Part shown: positions 45,960 through 55,737 of the stretch, one piece after another
Layout: each line of letters starts with the position of its first letter
How positions within the stretch are numbered: the first letter of the stretch is position 1
From: Candidatus Moraniibacteriota bacterium
Lineage (GTDB): Bacteria > Patescibacteriota > Minisyncoccia > Moranbacterales > UBA1568
DNA length: 64,000 nucleotides
Assembly: GCA_049290235.1 (NCBI GenBank)
Contig: JBATNG010000009.1
Span: 185-64,184 of the forward strand
Direction: 5' to 3'
The notes under the pieces: generated by a model
What the model was told of the DNA's origin: nothing
The model's database searches: none
The model's input: only the letters and a program-made list of their open reading frames with translations
Position numbers and translations under genes: made by a program

Positions 45960-46175
45960 TCAGTCTGTAAAGCCGAAGCGCTTGCGCCACTCGGTATCTT
46001 TTCGCATGGGAATGCAGAGCAGCATCGTGGAACCGATGACTGCAACGATGAATCCGAGGAGTGACCAGATGATGTAGAGATTCACGTCCATCGGGAATTG
46101 CTGTGGCCGAATGATGCAGGCCAACCCGAGAGTCATGATTAGGAGGGCGAGGAGGCGGAAGAGAGGGGTGAACAT
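45960..46175 (-). CDS. Small two-TM membrane protein (paralog A, 71 aa)
   Basis: MFTPLFRLLALLIMTLGLACIIRPQQFPMDVNLYIIWSLLGFIVAVIGSTMLL... ATG at 46175 with AAAGGAAAC RBS. Clear paralog of the next gene. Confidence 0.5.
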   Translation of the reverse strand: MFTPLFRLLALLIMTLGLACIIRPQQFPMDVNLYIIWSLLGFIVAVIGSTMLLCIPMRKDTEWRKRFGFTD

Positions 46176-46206
46176 GGAACGTTTCCTTTCGTGTGGGCTT
46201 GCAGGA

Positions 46207-46467
46207 CTAATGTTGTGGTTGAGACGGTGGTGACTGGGGCCGACTAGGAGTGGTATGCTCATCCTCAGGCCATTCCGTACGAATAAGTTCGGAGAGACGC
46301 TGTTCTGCCAGGAAACAGACGGCATCGACGAATAAGGCGATGAGGCCGAGGGTGCCACAGATGATTTGCAGATTGAAGTCCATCGGGACAGACAGTAGAC
46401 GGACTATGCAGGCAAACCCGAGCAGTAGTAGGAGAAGCTCGAAGAAGCGGAAAAAGCGCATGGCCAT
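46207..46467 (-). CDS. Small two-TM membrane protein (paralog B, 86 aa, Pro-rich C-terminal tail)
   Basis: MAMRFFRFFELLLLLLGFACIVRLLSVPMDFNLQIICGTLGLIALFVDAVCFL... aligns with paralog A (GxACI[IV]R....PMD.NL.II). GAAAGG RBS before the ATG at 46467. Confidence 0.5.
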   Translation of the reverse strand: MAMRFFRFFELLLLLLGFACIVRLLSVPMDFNLQIICGTLGLIALFVDAVCFLAEQRLSELIRTEWPEDEHTTPSRPQSPPSQPQH

Positions 46468-46489
46468 GGTGATTGCCTTTCGTGAGAGG

Positions 46490-46822
46490 CTAGCGGTCGA
46501 GGTTGATGAGGTAATGGCCGAGGTCTGCTTGTACGATAGCGGCATGTAATACTCTTATCTCGATCTCGATATCGATCAGGATGACTGGCGATGCAGCGGC
46601 TTCCGGCTTCACCTTTAGAGCGAGAAACTTGTCCTCAGGATCTTCAGGGAGCGGGTGTTGGAAGCGCAGCATGTGTGTGTTGCTCAGCTTGACGTAGAGT
46701 GGGAGGCCCCAATAGCCAGGGCGCCCCTGTCTGAGGAGCATTTCTTCGATACCAGCTTCGAAAATGAAGGCTTGGAGCTGCCGAAGGCTAAGGTAGGTGG
46801 GAACAGGGAAGGAAGTGCTCAT
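46490..46822 (-). CDS. Hypothetical protein (first gene of the putative three-gene operon)
   Basis: 110-aa ORF on the same strand directly upstream of the two paralogs. No motif recognised. GC-rich region where spurious ORFs are common. Confidence 0.3.
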   Translation of the reverse strand: MSTSFPVPTYLSLRQLQAFIFEAGIEEMLLRQGRPGYWGLPLYVKLSNTHMLRFQHPLPEDPEDKFLALKVKPEAAASPVILIDIEIEIRVLHAAIVQADLGHYLINLDR

Positions 46823-47249
46823 GATGATGCCTTTCTGCAGCTATGGCTGCGCAGGTTGGGAAGGGACAGTCATGGACAGTACTGGTTAGTCACGAATTTG
46901 TCAAGTCGAAAATTGAGGGAGTGAAGCTTGGTACTATGCTCATCTACACGCATTAAATTTTTTGTGTATTTAGCACCCAGGCCTTACTGGCACAGATAAA
47001 ATCCAGGTAGGTTTTCTCGTGGTTGGCGAAGTATTTTTAAGCCAAAAGCAGGAACATTTGATGGGTGTGGTGGCTTGTCGGCGGAGCTATTTCTTGCTAC
47101 GATGAGGTATATTTCCAGCGACTGTATTGCCTATTTTTGTTATGAATCCCGTTAGAAGTACGGAGCGCCAATAGAGAACGGGTCAAGAGGTATGGTATTA
47201 ATTTAGACTGATATTAATTAAGCAGGGACAAGAACCTGCTTCTAATGGG

Positions 47250-47909
47250 ATGAATATCCAGTATTACGGCGATTATTGCTTCAAAATCACGACCAAGCCA
47301 AATGGCCGGGCGACCGAAGACGTGGTCATTGTGACCGATGTGCCGGAGAAGGGGCTCGGACTGCGCGCTCCCCAGGGCGAGGCGGATATCGTCTTGCTGT
47401 CTCATCAGTCGCCCGAGGCCGAGGAGTTGTCGGTCGTGAAAGGAGAACCAGTCAAGATCTTTGTGCCGGGCGAATACTCGGCCAAGGGGGTCGCGATCCT
47501 TGGATTCTCTAGCCTGCGTGACACCGTGGGTGGTGCCAAGCGCGGTCAGAACACGATATTCCTATTTGAAACGGAGGAGATGCGGCTGTGTTTCCTCGGG
47601 GCGCTCGGGACGGAACCGGCACCGGACGTGATCGAACGGCTCTCGGGGGTGGATATCCTATTTGTCCCGGCGGGGGATGGTGATACGTTACCTGTCAACC
47701 TGATCGATGACCTCGTGCGCAAGATCGAGCCGAAGACAGTTATCCCGATGCACTACAAGATCGTGGGTATGACGACGACCTTGCCGGATGAAAAGCCATT
47801 TTGTAAAGTCATGGGGAATTGTCCGAAGGAGACTATCGCCAAATGGAATGTGAAGAAGAAGGATCTCGAAGGCAAGAATCTGGAAGTAGTGCTCCTCGCA
47901 AAGAATTAA
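47250..47909 (+). CDS. Hypothetical protein, possibly degenerate metallo-beta-lactamase-fold (Lactamase_B_3-like)
   Basis: Alternating beta-strand pattern, VLLSHQSPEA, DILFVPAGDGDT, VIPMHYK segments reminiscent of MBL-fold hydrolases but without a full HxHxDH motif. Confidence 0.4.
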   Translation: MNIQYYGDYCFKITTKPNGRATEDVVIVTDVPEKGLGLRAPQGEADIVLLSHQSPEAEELSVVKGEPVKIFVPGEYSAKGVAILGFSSLRDTVGGAKRGQNTIFLFETEEMRLCFLGALGTEPAPDVIERLSGVDILFVPAGDGDTLPVNLIDDLVRKIEPKTVIPMHYKIVGMTTTLPDEKPFCKVMGNCPKETIAKWNVKKKDLEGKNLEVVLLAKN

Positions 47910-47961
47910 ATCCTCGGATGCTATGCGTTGGAATCTCCAAAACTGGATTGAGGAAGTGAAG

Positions 47962-48315
47962 ATGAAGCCGGAGCATATCCGTCAGCGCTATGTCGTCGGT
48001 TGTGTGTTCGCTTCGATGTTCTTCGTGATCATCGTGTGGTCACTCACGGTATCGGAAAATTTCAAGCGAACAGTCGCAAAAACCGAAGATGTGACGGCTG
48101 CTGGCGGTATCTTGCCGAAGCCCTCGGACTTTTCTCTGGATGAGCTGCTCTCGGGGGAGAAGGCGCCAGACGCGACCTCACCGAAATCGGGCGAAGAGTT
48201 TCTCCGAGAGCAAGTGGAGAATCGGACTCGTATCAATCCAGACGAAGAAGGAGTGATCCCGAAAGACGATCGGCCACAACAGGAGACAGCTGATCCGACA
48301 ATGCCGCTACGCTAA
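47962..48315 (+). CDS. Membrane-anchored hypothetical protein
   Basis: TM helix [19 protein letters not shown] then a charged Pro/Glu-rich tail. Start at the ATG at 47962. Confidence 0.4.
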   Translation: MKPEHIRQRYVVGCVFASMFFVIIVWSLTVSENFKRTVAKTEDVTAAGGILPKPSDFSLDELLSGEKAPDATSPKSGEEFLREQVENRTRINPDEEGVIPKDDRPQQETADPTMPLR

Positions 48316-48319
48316 ATCT

Positions 48320-50779
48320 ATGACTGACAAGACTGAAAAGAACGTATTTCACTCGGGACGTATCGAGTCGCGCAATATTACCGAAGAGGTGAAACAGTCC
48401 TATCTCGACTATGCGATGTCGGTCATCGTGGGTCGGGCGCTGCCGGACGTGCGTGACGGTCTGAAGCCGGTGCATCGTCGCATCCTGTATTCGATGTGGT
48501 CGACGGGGCTGCGTTCCAGTGCCAAGTTCCGCAAGTCTGCGACCGTCGTCGGTGAAGTGCTCGGCAAATACCATCCGCATGGTGACACAGCGGTCTATGA
48601 CACCATGGTCCGCATGGCGCAGGATTTCTCGCTCCGCTACCCACTCATCTGGGGCCAGGGAAACTTCGGCTCGATGGATGGTGATCGCGCGGCGGCCTAC
48701 CGATACACCGAGGCGAAATTGAAAGCGATCGCCGAAGAGATGCTCGTCGATATCGACAAGGACACCGTGGACTTTATCCCGAACTTTGATGGCGTCCATG
48801 AAGAACCGGTGGTTCTGCCAGCCAAACTGCCGCAGCTCCTCCTCAATGGCACCGTCGGTATCGCGGTCGGTATGGCGTCGAACATCGCGCCGCACAATCT
48901 AAACGAGCTCGTCGATGCCATCTGCTTTCAGATCGACAATCCGGAGTGCGATGTCGATGACTTGATGCAGTTCATCAAGGGGCCAGACTTTCCAACGGGC
49001 GGCATCATTTACAACACGCGGGACATCCGTGAGACCTATGTGACGGGCCGTGGACCGATCACGGCGCGAGCGGTGACGGAAATCGTCGAGAACAAGGCGG
49101 GTGTTTACCAGATCATCGTCTCCGAGATGACCTATGCGACGAATAAGGCGAGTCTCATCGAAAAGATCGCCGATCTCGTGAAGGAAGACAAGATCCAGGG
49201 CATCCGGGATTTGCGTGATGAGTCCGACAAGGACGGCGTGCGCATCGTCATCGACCTGAAGAAAGACGCGTTTCCGCAGAAAGTATTGAATAAGCTGTAT
49301 TCGCTGACGGACCTGCAGAAGAATTTCAATGTGAACATGCTGGCTCTGGTCGACGGTGTCGATCCACAAATCCTCAACCTGAAATCTATCCTCGAGCATT
49401 ACATCGTCCATCGAGAGCGCGTCGTCACGCGGCGCAGCGAATACGAATTACAAAAGGCCAAGGACCGCGCCCATATCCTCGAAGGCCTCAAGAAGGCACT
49501 CGATCATATCGACGAAATCATCAAGACGATCAAGCAGTCACCGACAAAGGAAGAGGCCCATGCGAACTTGATGAAGAAATTCAAGTTGTCCGACAAGCAG
49601 GCGGCGGCGATACTCGAGATGCGCCTCCAGACGCTCGCTGGCCTCGAACGCAAGAAAATCGAAGACGAACTGGCGGAGAAATTGAAACTGATCGCCTTCC
49701 TCGAAGACCTTCTTCGGCACAAGAAAAAAATTCTCGCGATGGTCAAGACTGAACTCATCGAGGTGCGGGACAAGTTCGGTGATGAGCGCCGGACCAGGGT
49801 CATGAAGAACGGCATCGGCGAATTCCGGCAGGAGGATCTCATCCCCAACGAGGAGGCGATCGTGACACTCTCAGATGACGGCTATATCAAGCGGATGAAC
49901 CCGACGGTTTATCGTGTCCAGAAGCGCGGTGGCAAAGGCGTGATCGGTACGACCACCAAAGAGGAAGACAAAATCGCCAAGGTCATCTCCATCGAGTCTC
50001 ATGACAACCTCATGTTTTTCACCAACACTGGCAAGATCTTTCAGACCAAAGCCTATGAGATCCCCGAATCCTCGCGCACAGCCAAGGGTCAGGCGGTCGT
50101 GAATTTTCTCCAGCTCTCGAATGAAGAGAAGATCACGGCGATGATCGCACTCGGCAAGGATGACGCGTCGAAATTCCTCTTTATGGCAACGACGGACGGC
50201 ACAGTGAAGAAATCCAAGCTCGAGGATTTCGCCAATGTCCGCCGGTCCGGACTGATCGCGATCAATCTGGAAAAGGGTGACACACTCAACTGGGTCGCAC
50301 CGACGACTGGCACCGATGAGGTCATCATCACGACGGCGAGCGGTCAGGCGATCCGCTTCAAGGAGGGCGATGTCCGAGCGATGGGCCGGGGTGCGGCTGG
50401 GGTCCGCGGTATCAAGCTCCGCACCGGGGATCATGTCGTCGCGATGGATGTCGTCGAAAAGGGGGCCAAGGAGCGCGAGCTGCTCATTCTCTCCGAAAAT
50501 GGCTATGGCAAGCGGAGCGACCTGAAGCATTACAAGATCCAGAAGCGCGGTGGCTCCGGGATCAAGACGATGAATGTGACTCCGAAGACCGGTAAGCTCG
50601 TCTCGGCCTATATCACCAGTCCAACCGATAGCGAGTCGGATATGCTCGTGACATCCGAAAAGGGCATCATCATCCGCGTGCCATTTCAGTCGGTGCCGCT
50701 CCTCTCGCGCGTCACCCAGGGCGTGCGCGTCATGCGCCCCCAGGCCGGGGACCGCGTCGGAGCCTTCACTTTGTTGTAA
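48320..50779 (+). CDS. gyrA: DNA gyrase subunit A
   Basis: N-terminus [27 protein letters not shown] with the active-site Tyr region, QRDR-like segment, GyrA-box-containing C-terminal beta-pinwheel repeats. 819 aa. Confidence 0.95.
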   Translation: MTDKTEKNVFHSGRIESRNITEEVKQSYLDYAMSVIVGRALPDVRDGLKPVHRRILYSMWSTGLRSSAKFRKSATVVGEVLGKYHPHGDTAVYDTMVRMAQDFSLRYPLIWGQGNFGSMDGDRAAAYRYTEAKLKAIAEEMLVDIDKDTVDFIPNFDGVHEEPVVLPAKLPQLLLNGTVGIAVGMASNIAPHNLNELVDAICFQIDNPECDVDDLMQFIKGPDFPTGGIIYNTRDIRETYVTGRGPITARAVTEIVENKAGVYQIIVSEMTYATNKASLIEKIADLVKEDKIQGIRDLRDESDKDGVRIVIDLKKDAFPQKVLNKLYSLTDLQKNFNVNMLALVDGVDPQILNLKSILEHYIVHRERVVTRRSEYELQKAKDRAHILEGLKKALDHIDEIIKTIKQSPTKEEAHANLMKKFKLSDKQAAAILEMRLQTLAGLERKKIEDELAEKLKLIAFLEDLLRHKKKILAMVKTELIEVRDKFGDERRTRVMKNGIGEFRQEDLIPNEEAIVTLSDDGYIKRMNPTVYRVQKRGGKGVIGTTTKEEDKIAKVISIESHDNLMFFTNTGKIFQTKAYEIPESSRTAKGQAVVNFLQLSNEEKITAMIALGKDDASKFLFMATTDGTVKKSKLEDFANVRRSGLIAINLEKGDTLNWVAPTTGTDEVIITTASGQAIRFKEGDVRAMGRGAAGVRGIKLRTGDHVVAMDVVEKGAKERELLILSENGYGKRSDLKHYKIQKRGGSGIKTMNVTPKTGKLVSAYITSPTDSESDMLVTSEKGIIIRVPFQSVPLLSRVTQGVRVMRPQAGDRVGAFTLL

Positions 50780-50794
50780 CCCAGAAAGACGACA

Positions 50795-51976
50795 ATGGAT
50801 AATTCAGTACTCAAGCCGCGCCGAAAAACACGTGTGGTGATGGTCGGATCGGTCGGGATCGGTGGGGATAATCCAATCCGTGTGCAGACGATGACAAATA
50901 CCGATACGCTTGATATCGAGACGACGGTTGTTCAGATCAAGGCATGTGTCAGTGCGGGTTGTGAACTCATCCGATTGACGACACCGACCCCGAAACATGC
51001 CCAGGCACTCGGTCCAATCCGGGAAAAGCTTCTGCAGGATGGAGTACGTGTCCCACTTATTGCTGATGTGCATTTTCTCCCTGCGGCTGCTTTCGAAGCG
51101 CTCAAATGGGCAGACAAGGTCCGCCTGAACCCTGGGAATTTCTTGGATGGGAAAATATTTCGGGAGTTTACTTTTGATGATGCGAGCTATTCTGAGGAGG
51201 TCGCGCGAATTGAGAAGAGCCTTCTCCCGTTTATCGAGGCTGCCAAGTCGGCTAAGAAAGCCATCCGTATCGGATCGAATCATGGTTCACTCTCGGACCG
51301 AGTCCTCTCTCGTTTCGGGGATACTCCGATTGGTATGGTGGAGTCGGCGATGGAGTACATGAGGATCTTCAGGAAGCATGGCTTTGATGATATTGTTGTC
51401 GCGATGAAGGCCTCTGATCCTTTGATTATGATCGAGGCCAACCGACTTCTCGTTGCAACTTTAGAGAAAGAAGGGATGGACTACCCAATCCATTTGGGAG
51501 TGACTGAGGCTGGAAATGGAGAGGAGGGACGGGCGAAGTCGACACTCGGTATTGGCACTCTCCTCCTGGAGGGCGTGGGGGACACGATCCGTGTTTCACT
51601 AACCGAGGACCCAGTGAAGGAGATCCCTACATGTTACGGGATCTTGCAAGCTGCCCGCCGCAGGATCACTCGCACAGAGTTTATTTCTTGCCCATCGTGT
51701 GGCCGAACGTTGTATGATCTTGAAACGGTGACCAATGTGATCAAGGAACGGATGGGTCATTTGAAAGGAGTACGTATTGCTATCATGGGATGTATCGTGA
51801 ATGGACTTGGAGAAATGGCAGATGCCGATTTCGGTTATGTTGGTGGTGCGAGAAATAAAGTGAACCTGTATCACAAGAAAGAACTGGTGAAGCGAGATGT
51901 ACCATCAGAGCGGGCGGTGGACGAGCTCGTTCTGCTCATAAAGGCTAAGGGAATGTGGATCGAACCACGTGCTTAG
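50795..51976 (+). CDS. ispG: 4-hydroxy-3-methylbut-2-en-1-yl diphosphate synthase (IspG/GcpE)
   Basis: PIRVQTMT hallmark, TIM-barrel A domain, C-terminal 4Fe-4S ligands (CPSCGRT...GC.VNG). Confidence 0.95.
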   Translation: MDNSVLKPRRKTRVVMVGSVGIGGDNPIRVQTMTNTDTLDIETTVVQIKACVSAGCELIRLTTPTPKHAQALGPIREKLLQDGVRVPLIADVHFLPAAAFEALKWADKVRLNPGNFLDGKIFREFTFDDASYSEEVARIEKSLLPFIEAAKSAKKAIRIGSNHGSLSDRVLSRFGDTPIGMVESAMEYMRIFRKHGFDDIVVAMKASDPLIMIEANRLLVATLEKEGMDYPIHLGVTEAGNGEEGRAKSTLGIGTLLLEGVGDTIRVSLTEDPVKEIPTCYGILQAARRRITRTEFISCPSCGRTLYDLETVTNVIKERMGHLKGVRIAIMGCIVNGLGEMADADFGYVGGARNKVNLYHKKELVKRDVPSERAVDELVLLIKAKGMWIEPRA

Positions 51977-52064
51977 GTAGAGTTCAACTCAAGAGACGCG
52001 CGACTTGACGAAAGACTGGTCCTTTAGTATGAAGAGGGTACCTTTTCTCATGGAGGTAGAGGGT

Positions 52065-52247
52065 ATGAATAAGCCGATAGATGAAAGTGGTTTCCCAGTA
52101 ACTATCGTGCCAGTTGGTTCGCAAGTGACCGTCCGGCCATGTAATGCGGCGATTCGTGAAGAGCAAGATTCTTCACTCCAGGTTCCGGATGAGCAGAAAG
52201 CGGGTATCCACGGGTCCGATAGGGTCAGTAAGTCTGATGTGAGTTAA
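52065..52247 (+). CDS. Small hypothetical protein (60 aa)
   Basis: ATG at 52065 preceded by a strong SD GGAGG. Product MNKPIDESGFPVTIVPVGSQVTVRPC... Lies between ispG and rpsO. Confidence 0.3.
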   Translation: MNKPIDESGFPVTIVPVGSQVTVRPCNAAIREEQDSSLQVPDEQKAGIHGSDRVSKSDVS

Positions 52248-52418
52248 AGGAAACATCGCTTGGGGTGGTAGCACTCCTCCCCAAGCGACAAATAAACAGG
52301 GGTGGTACTTGCTAGAATGTTGAAAGTAGGTTATTCTCACAAGGTAATTTTTATACATCGAGCGTGGACTGGTCTGGCGGATGGCTGTTCAGACGAGTGC
52401 ATTGCTGACAAAGACGCT

Positions 52419-52682
52419 ATGGCGCTCTCGCACAAGCAGAAGGAAAAGGTAACGGGTGATGTGAAACGGCATGATTCGGACACGGGTTCTCCCGAGTATC
52501 AGATCGCTCTTTTCACGGAGCAGATCAAGCGACTCACCACCCATTTGAAGAAGAATAAGCAAGACTTTCATTCTCGTCGCGGTCTCTTGAAGATGGTCGC
52601 CAAGCGCAAGAAACTCCTCACATACCTCGCGAAAGTGAACGAGAAGGCACATAAGGCACTCGTGAAGAAACTCGGGTTGTAA
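52419..52682 (+). CDS. rpsO: 30S ribosomal protein S15
   Basis: MALSHKQKEKVTGDVKRHDSDTGSPEYQIALFTEQIKRLTTHLKKNKQDFHSRRGLLKMVAKRKKLLTYL is canonical S15. Start at the ATG at 52419. Upstream hairpin at 52257-52287. Confidence 0.9.
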   Translation: MALSHKQKEKVTGDVKRHDSDTGSPEYQIALFTEQIKRLTTHLKKNKQDFHSRRGLLKMVAKRKKLLTYLAKVNEKAHKALVKKLGL

Positions 52683-52744
52683 ACTTTTCCGCCACGCGAG
52701 TGGCGGTTTCTGTTGAGACATCTGTAAACCGGTGAAACATTTTT

Positions 52745-53242
52745 ATGGCGAAGTTTAGTGATCAGAGAGTAGGGGTGCTCGTCGATATCCAGAATCTCTA
52801 CTATAGTGCCCGCGTCTTGTATAGCAAGAAAGTGAATTTCAAGGCGGTCCTGGAGGCGGGGACCAATGAACGCAAGCTCATCCGGGCACTGGCCTATGGC
52901 ATCAAGACGACGGAGGGCATGGAGGAGAAGTTCTTCGAAGCGCTGACGAAGAGTGGCTACGATGTGATGACGAAGGATCTGCAGATCTTCCCCGATGGGT
53001 CGCGCAAGGGTGACTGGGATGTCGGTATCGCGATCGATGCAATCAAGATGGCGGCGAAGCTCGACGTCATCGTACTCGTCTCGGGCGACGGGGACTATGT
53101 CCACCTGGTGGAGTATCTCCAAAACACCTATGGCTGCCGAGTGGAAGTGATCGCCTTCGCTGAGTCATCCTCGGCCAAGCTCGTGGAGAAAGCCGATGAC
53201 TTCCTCAATCTCTCCGAGAACAAGAAGCGGTTTCTGATTTAA
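52745..53242 (+). CDS. NYN-domain (LabA-like, PIN-like) ribonuclease family protein
   Basis: VGVLVDIQNLYYS ... DWDVGIAIDAI ... VIVLVSGDGDY acidic motifs characteristic of NYN/LabA domains. Inserted between rpsO and pnp. Confidence 0.8.
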   Translation: MAKFSDQRVGVLVDIQNLYYSARVLYSKKVNFKAVLEAGTNERKLIRALAYGIKTTEGMEEKFFEALTKSGYDVMTKDLQIFPDGSRKGDWDVGIAIDAIKMAAKLDVIVLVSGDGDYVHLVEYLQNTYGCRVEVIAFAESSSAKLVEKADDFLNLSENKKRFLI

Positions 53243-53380
53243 CGGGGGGGAGTCAGTTGAGTGACAAGTTTCGAAAGGAACTTGTTTTTCCTTTTGACAA
53301 AGGCTTAAAAAAAAGCTACTGTGTAGGCGTTAACTTAGTAATTTCGTCCAGGGGGTTTATAGGTACACGGCTTCGTGTTA

Positions 53381-53467
53381 ACTAACAACCTACGACCGAT
53401 AACCAACAACAGAGAAAACCTCTGAGTATCTCGTTGTAGGTTGAGAGTTGTTCGTTGTAGGTTAGTT
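53381..53467 (+). promoter_or_regulatory. pnp leader: long imperfect hairpin with internal direct repeat (candidate RNase III/autoregulatory site)
   Basis: AACTAACAACCTACGACCGATAACCAACAAC is largely complementary to CTCGTTGTAGGTTGAGAGTTGTTCGTTGTAGGTTAGTT (direct repeat CGTTGTAGGTT x2). Lies within the 265-nt gap before pnp. A TTGACA hexamer at 53294. Confidence 0.35.
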
Positions 53468-53507
53468 CTCAGCCGCGTGTTTATGAGCCCTGGGGCGGTT
53501 CAACTCT

Positions 53508-55649
53508 ATGCAAGGAGCCAGAAAATGGTCTCTCCAGCTCGGTGGGCGTGAATTAAGCATCTCGACCGGTCTCTTGGCTGGTCAGGCGAACGGGGCGGTG
53601 ACGGTGCAGTACGGCGACACCGTCGTCCTCGCGACTGCCGTCATGAGCAGTTCGATGTCAAAAATCATCGGCTATTTCCCACTCATGGTGGATTTCGAGG
53701 AGCGGTACTATGCCGCGGGCAAGATCAAGGGTTCTCGCTTCATCAAACGCGAAGGCCGGCCATCGGACGATGCGATCCTCTCGGGTCGAGCCGTGGATCG
53801 GACGATCCGACCACTCTTTGATAGCCGGATGCGCAACGATGTCCAAGTCGTTACGACGGTCCTGTCGATTGATGGTGAAAATGAGCCTGATGTTGTCGCG
53901 ATGATCGCGGCCTCGGCGGCACTGACCCTTTCCGATATCCCGTGGAATGGACCGATCGGCGCGGTCCGTGTGGGTATCGTCAATGGCGGTGGGTTCGTCC
54001 TGAATCCATCGAGTGAAGAGCGGGGGGCGAGCACGCTCGATCTCCTCATCGCCGGGACGCAGACCAAGATCAATATGATCGAGTGTGGGGCAAACGAAAT
54101 CCCGGAAGAAACCATGACTGAAGCTTTCCGTTTCGGGCATGAGGCGATCCAGAAAATCACGGCCTTTATCGAGACCGTGAAGAAAGAAGCCGGTCGCGAG
54201 AAGCAAGCGGCGGCTCTGCTCGTCGGAACACCCGAATTCGAGACGAAGATGAAGGAATATATCGGTTCACTGGGTTTGGGTGAAGCACTGTTCCTCCAAC
54301 CGAAGGCAAAGATGGCGGAGAAGGTGGCCAGCATCGAGACTGCAGCGAGAGAATATGCTGCCGCGAATTTTCCGAACGAGGCGCATCAGTCAGAGATTCT
54401 CTCACTTATCATGGAAGAACTCTCGGACGCAGCACTCCACGTGAATGTATTGGAGCATGATCGTCGTCCCGATGGTCGGAAAATGACGGAGATTCGCCCG
54501 CTCGCTTCCCAAGTCGGGGTCCTCCCGCGGACGCATGGCACGGGTCTCTTCACTCGCGGTGAGACGCAAGTCTTGACCGTGACCACACTCGGCGCTCCGG
54601 GCGATGAGATGGTGGTCGATACGATGGAGACGGATGAAAAGAAGCGTTATATGCATTTCTATAACTTCCCGGCGTATTCGGTCGGCGAGGTCAAGCCGAT
54701 GCGTGGCCCCGGTCGGCGTGAAGTCGGCCACGGAGCACTCGCGGAGAAGGCGCTCTTGCCGGTACTGCCCACGAAAGAAGAATTTCCGTACACGATTCAT
54801 CTCGTTTCTGAAGTCCTCTCATCGAACGGTTCATCGTCCATGGGCTCGACCTGCGGCTCCACGCTTTCCCTCATGGATGCGGGCGTGCCGATCAAGAAGC
54901 CGGTGTCGGGTATCGCTATGGGCGTCATCACTGGTGGGGATGGAAGTTTCAAGGTCTTGACCGATATCCAGGGCCTGGAGGACCACTACGGAGATATGGA
55001 CTTCAAGGTCGCCGGCACGAAGGACGGTATCACGGCGATGCAGATGGACGTGAAGATCGATGGGCTCACCGCCGATACCTTGGGGTTGGCAATCAAGCAG
55101 GCGAAAGTGGCCCGGCTCGAGATCATGGATGTCATGCTGGCGGCCATCCCTGAGCCGCGCAAGGTGATGTCTCCATATGCGCCACGTATCATCACTCTGC
55201 ATATCAATCCAGAGAAGATCCGCGATGTGATCGGCCCGGGCGGCAAGATGATCAATCAAATCATCGATGAAACCGGTGTTTCCATCGATATCGAGGATGA
55301 TGGATCAGTGTTCATCACTTCGGTCGACGAGACGAGCGCCGAGAAAGCTGTCGAATGGGTGCGCAATATCACCCGGGAGGTGGTGGTCGGCGAACTGTTC
55401 CAGGGTCGCGTTACCCGAATCATGAACTTTGGCGCCTTTGCCGAGGTACTCCCGAACCAGGAAGGACTGATCCATATCTCGGAGTTAGCCGATTACCGGG
55501 TGGAAAAAGTGGAAGATGTCGTCAAAGTCGGCGACATCATCGCCGTCGTCGTCAAGGAGATCGATGCTCAGGGCCGGATCAATCTGTCGCACAAGCTGGC
55601 CAAGGCGAAAATGGTCCGCCAGGAACTCGGCGAAGAGGGAAAAGAATAG
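53508..55649 (+). CDS. pnp: Polyribonucleotide nucleotidyltransferase (PNPase)
   Basis: Two RNase PH-like domains ([26 protein letters not shown]...), KH ([12 protein letters not shown]) and C-terminal S1 domain. 713 aa. Conserved rpsO-pnp linkage. Confidence 0.95.
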   Translation: MQGARKWSLQLGGRELSISTGLLAGQANGAVTVQYGDTVVLATAVMSSSMSKIIGYFPLMVDFEERYYAAGKIKGSRFIKREGRPSDDAILSGRAVDRTIRPLFDSRMRNDVQVVTTVLSIDGENEPDVVAMIAASAALTLSDIPWNGPIGAVRVGIVNGGGFVLNPSSEERGASTLDLLIAGTQTKINMIECGANEIPEETMTEAFRFGHEAIQKITAFIETVKKEAGREKQAAALLVGTPEFETKMKEYIGSLGLGEALFLQPKAKMAEKVASIETAAREYAAANFPNEAHQSEILSLIMEELSDAALHVNVLEHDRRPDGRKMTEIRPLASQVGVLPRTHGTGLFTRGETQVLTVTTLGAPGDEMVVDTMETDEKKRYMHFYNFPAYSVGEVKPMRGPGRREVGHGALAEKALLPVLPTKEEFPYTIHLVSEVLSSNGSSSMGSTCGSTLSLMDAGVPIKKPVSGIAMGVITGGDGSFKVLTDIQGLEDHYGDMDFKVAGTKDGITAMQMDVKIDGLTADTLGLAIKQAKVARLEIMDVMLAAIPEPRKVMSPYAPRIITLHINPEKIRDVIGPGGKMINQIIDETGVSIDIEDDGSVFITSVDETSAEKAVEWVRNITREVVVGELFQGRVTRIMNFGAFAEVLPNQEGLIHISELADYRVEKVEDVVKVGDIIAVVVKEIDAQGRINLSHKLAKAKMVRQELGEEGKE

Positions 55650-55737
55650 TCACAGAAAACAGATAGAACGATACTCTCCACCAACTTCATTGTGTGGTGG
55701 TATACTGAGAGAGGAATAGCCTCTCTTTTGTATTGCT

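Noticed and set aside
48233-48895. 220-aa minus-strand ORF (and 49871..50530, 219 aa)
   Set aside because: Both are antisense to gyrA, whose identity is certain.
53708-54334. 208-aa minus-strand ORF
   Set aside because: Antisense to pnp.
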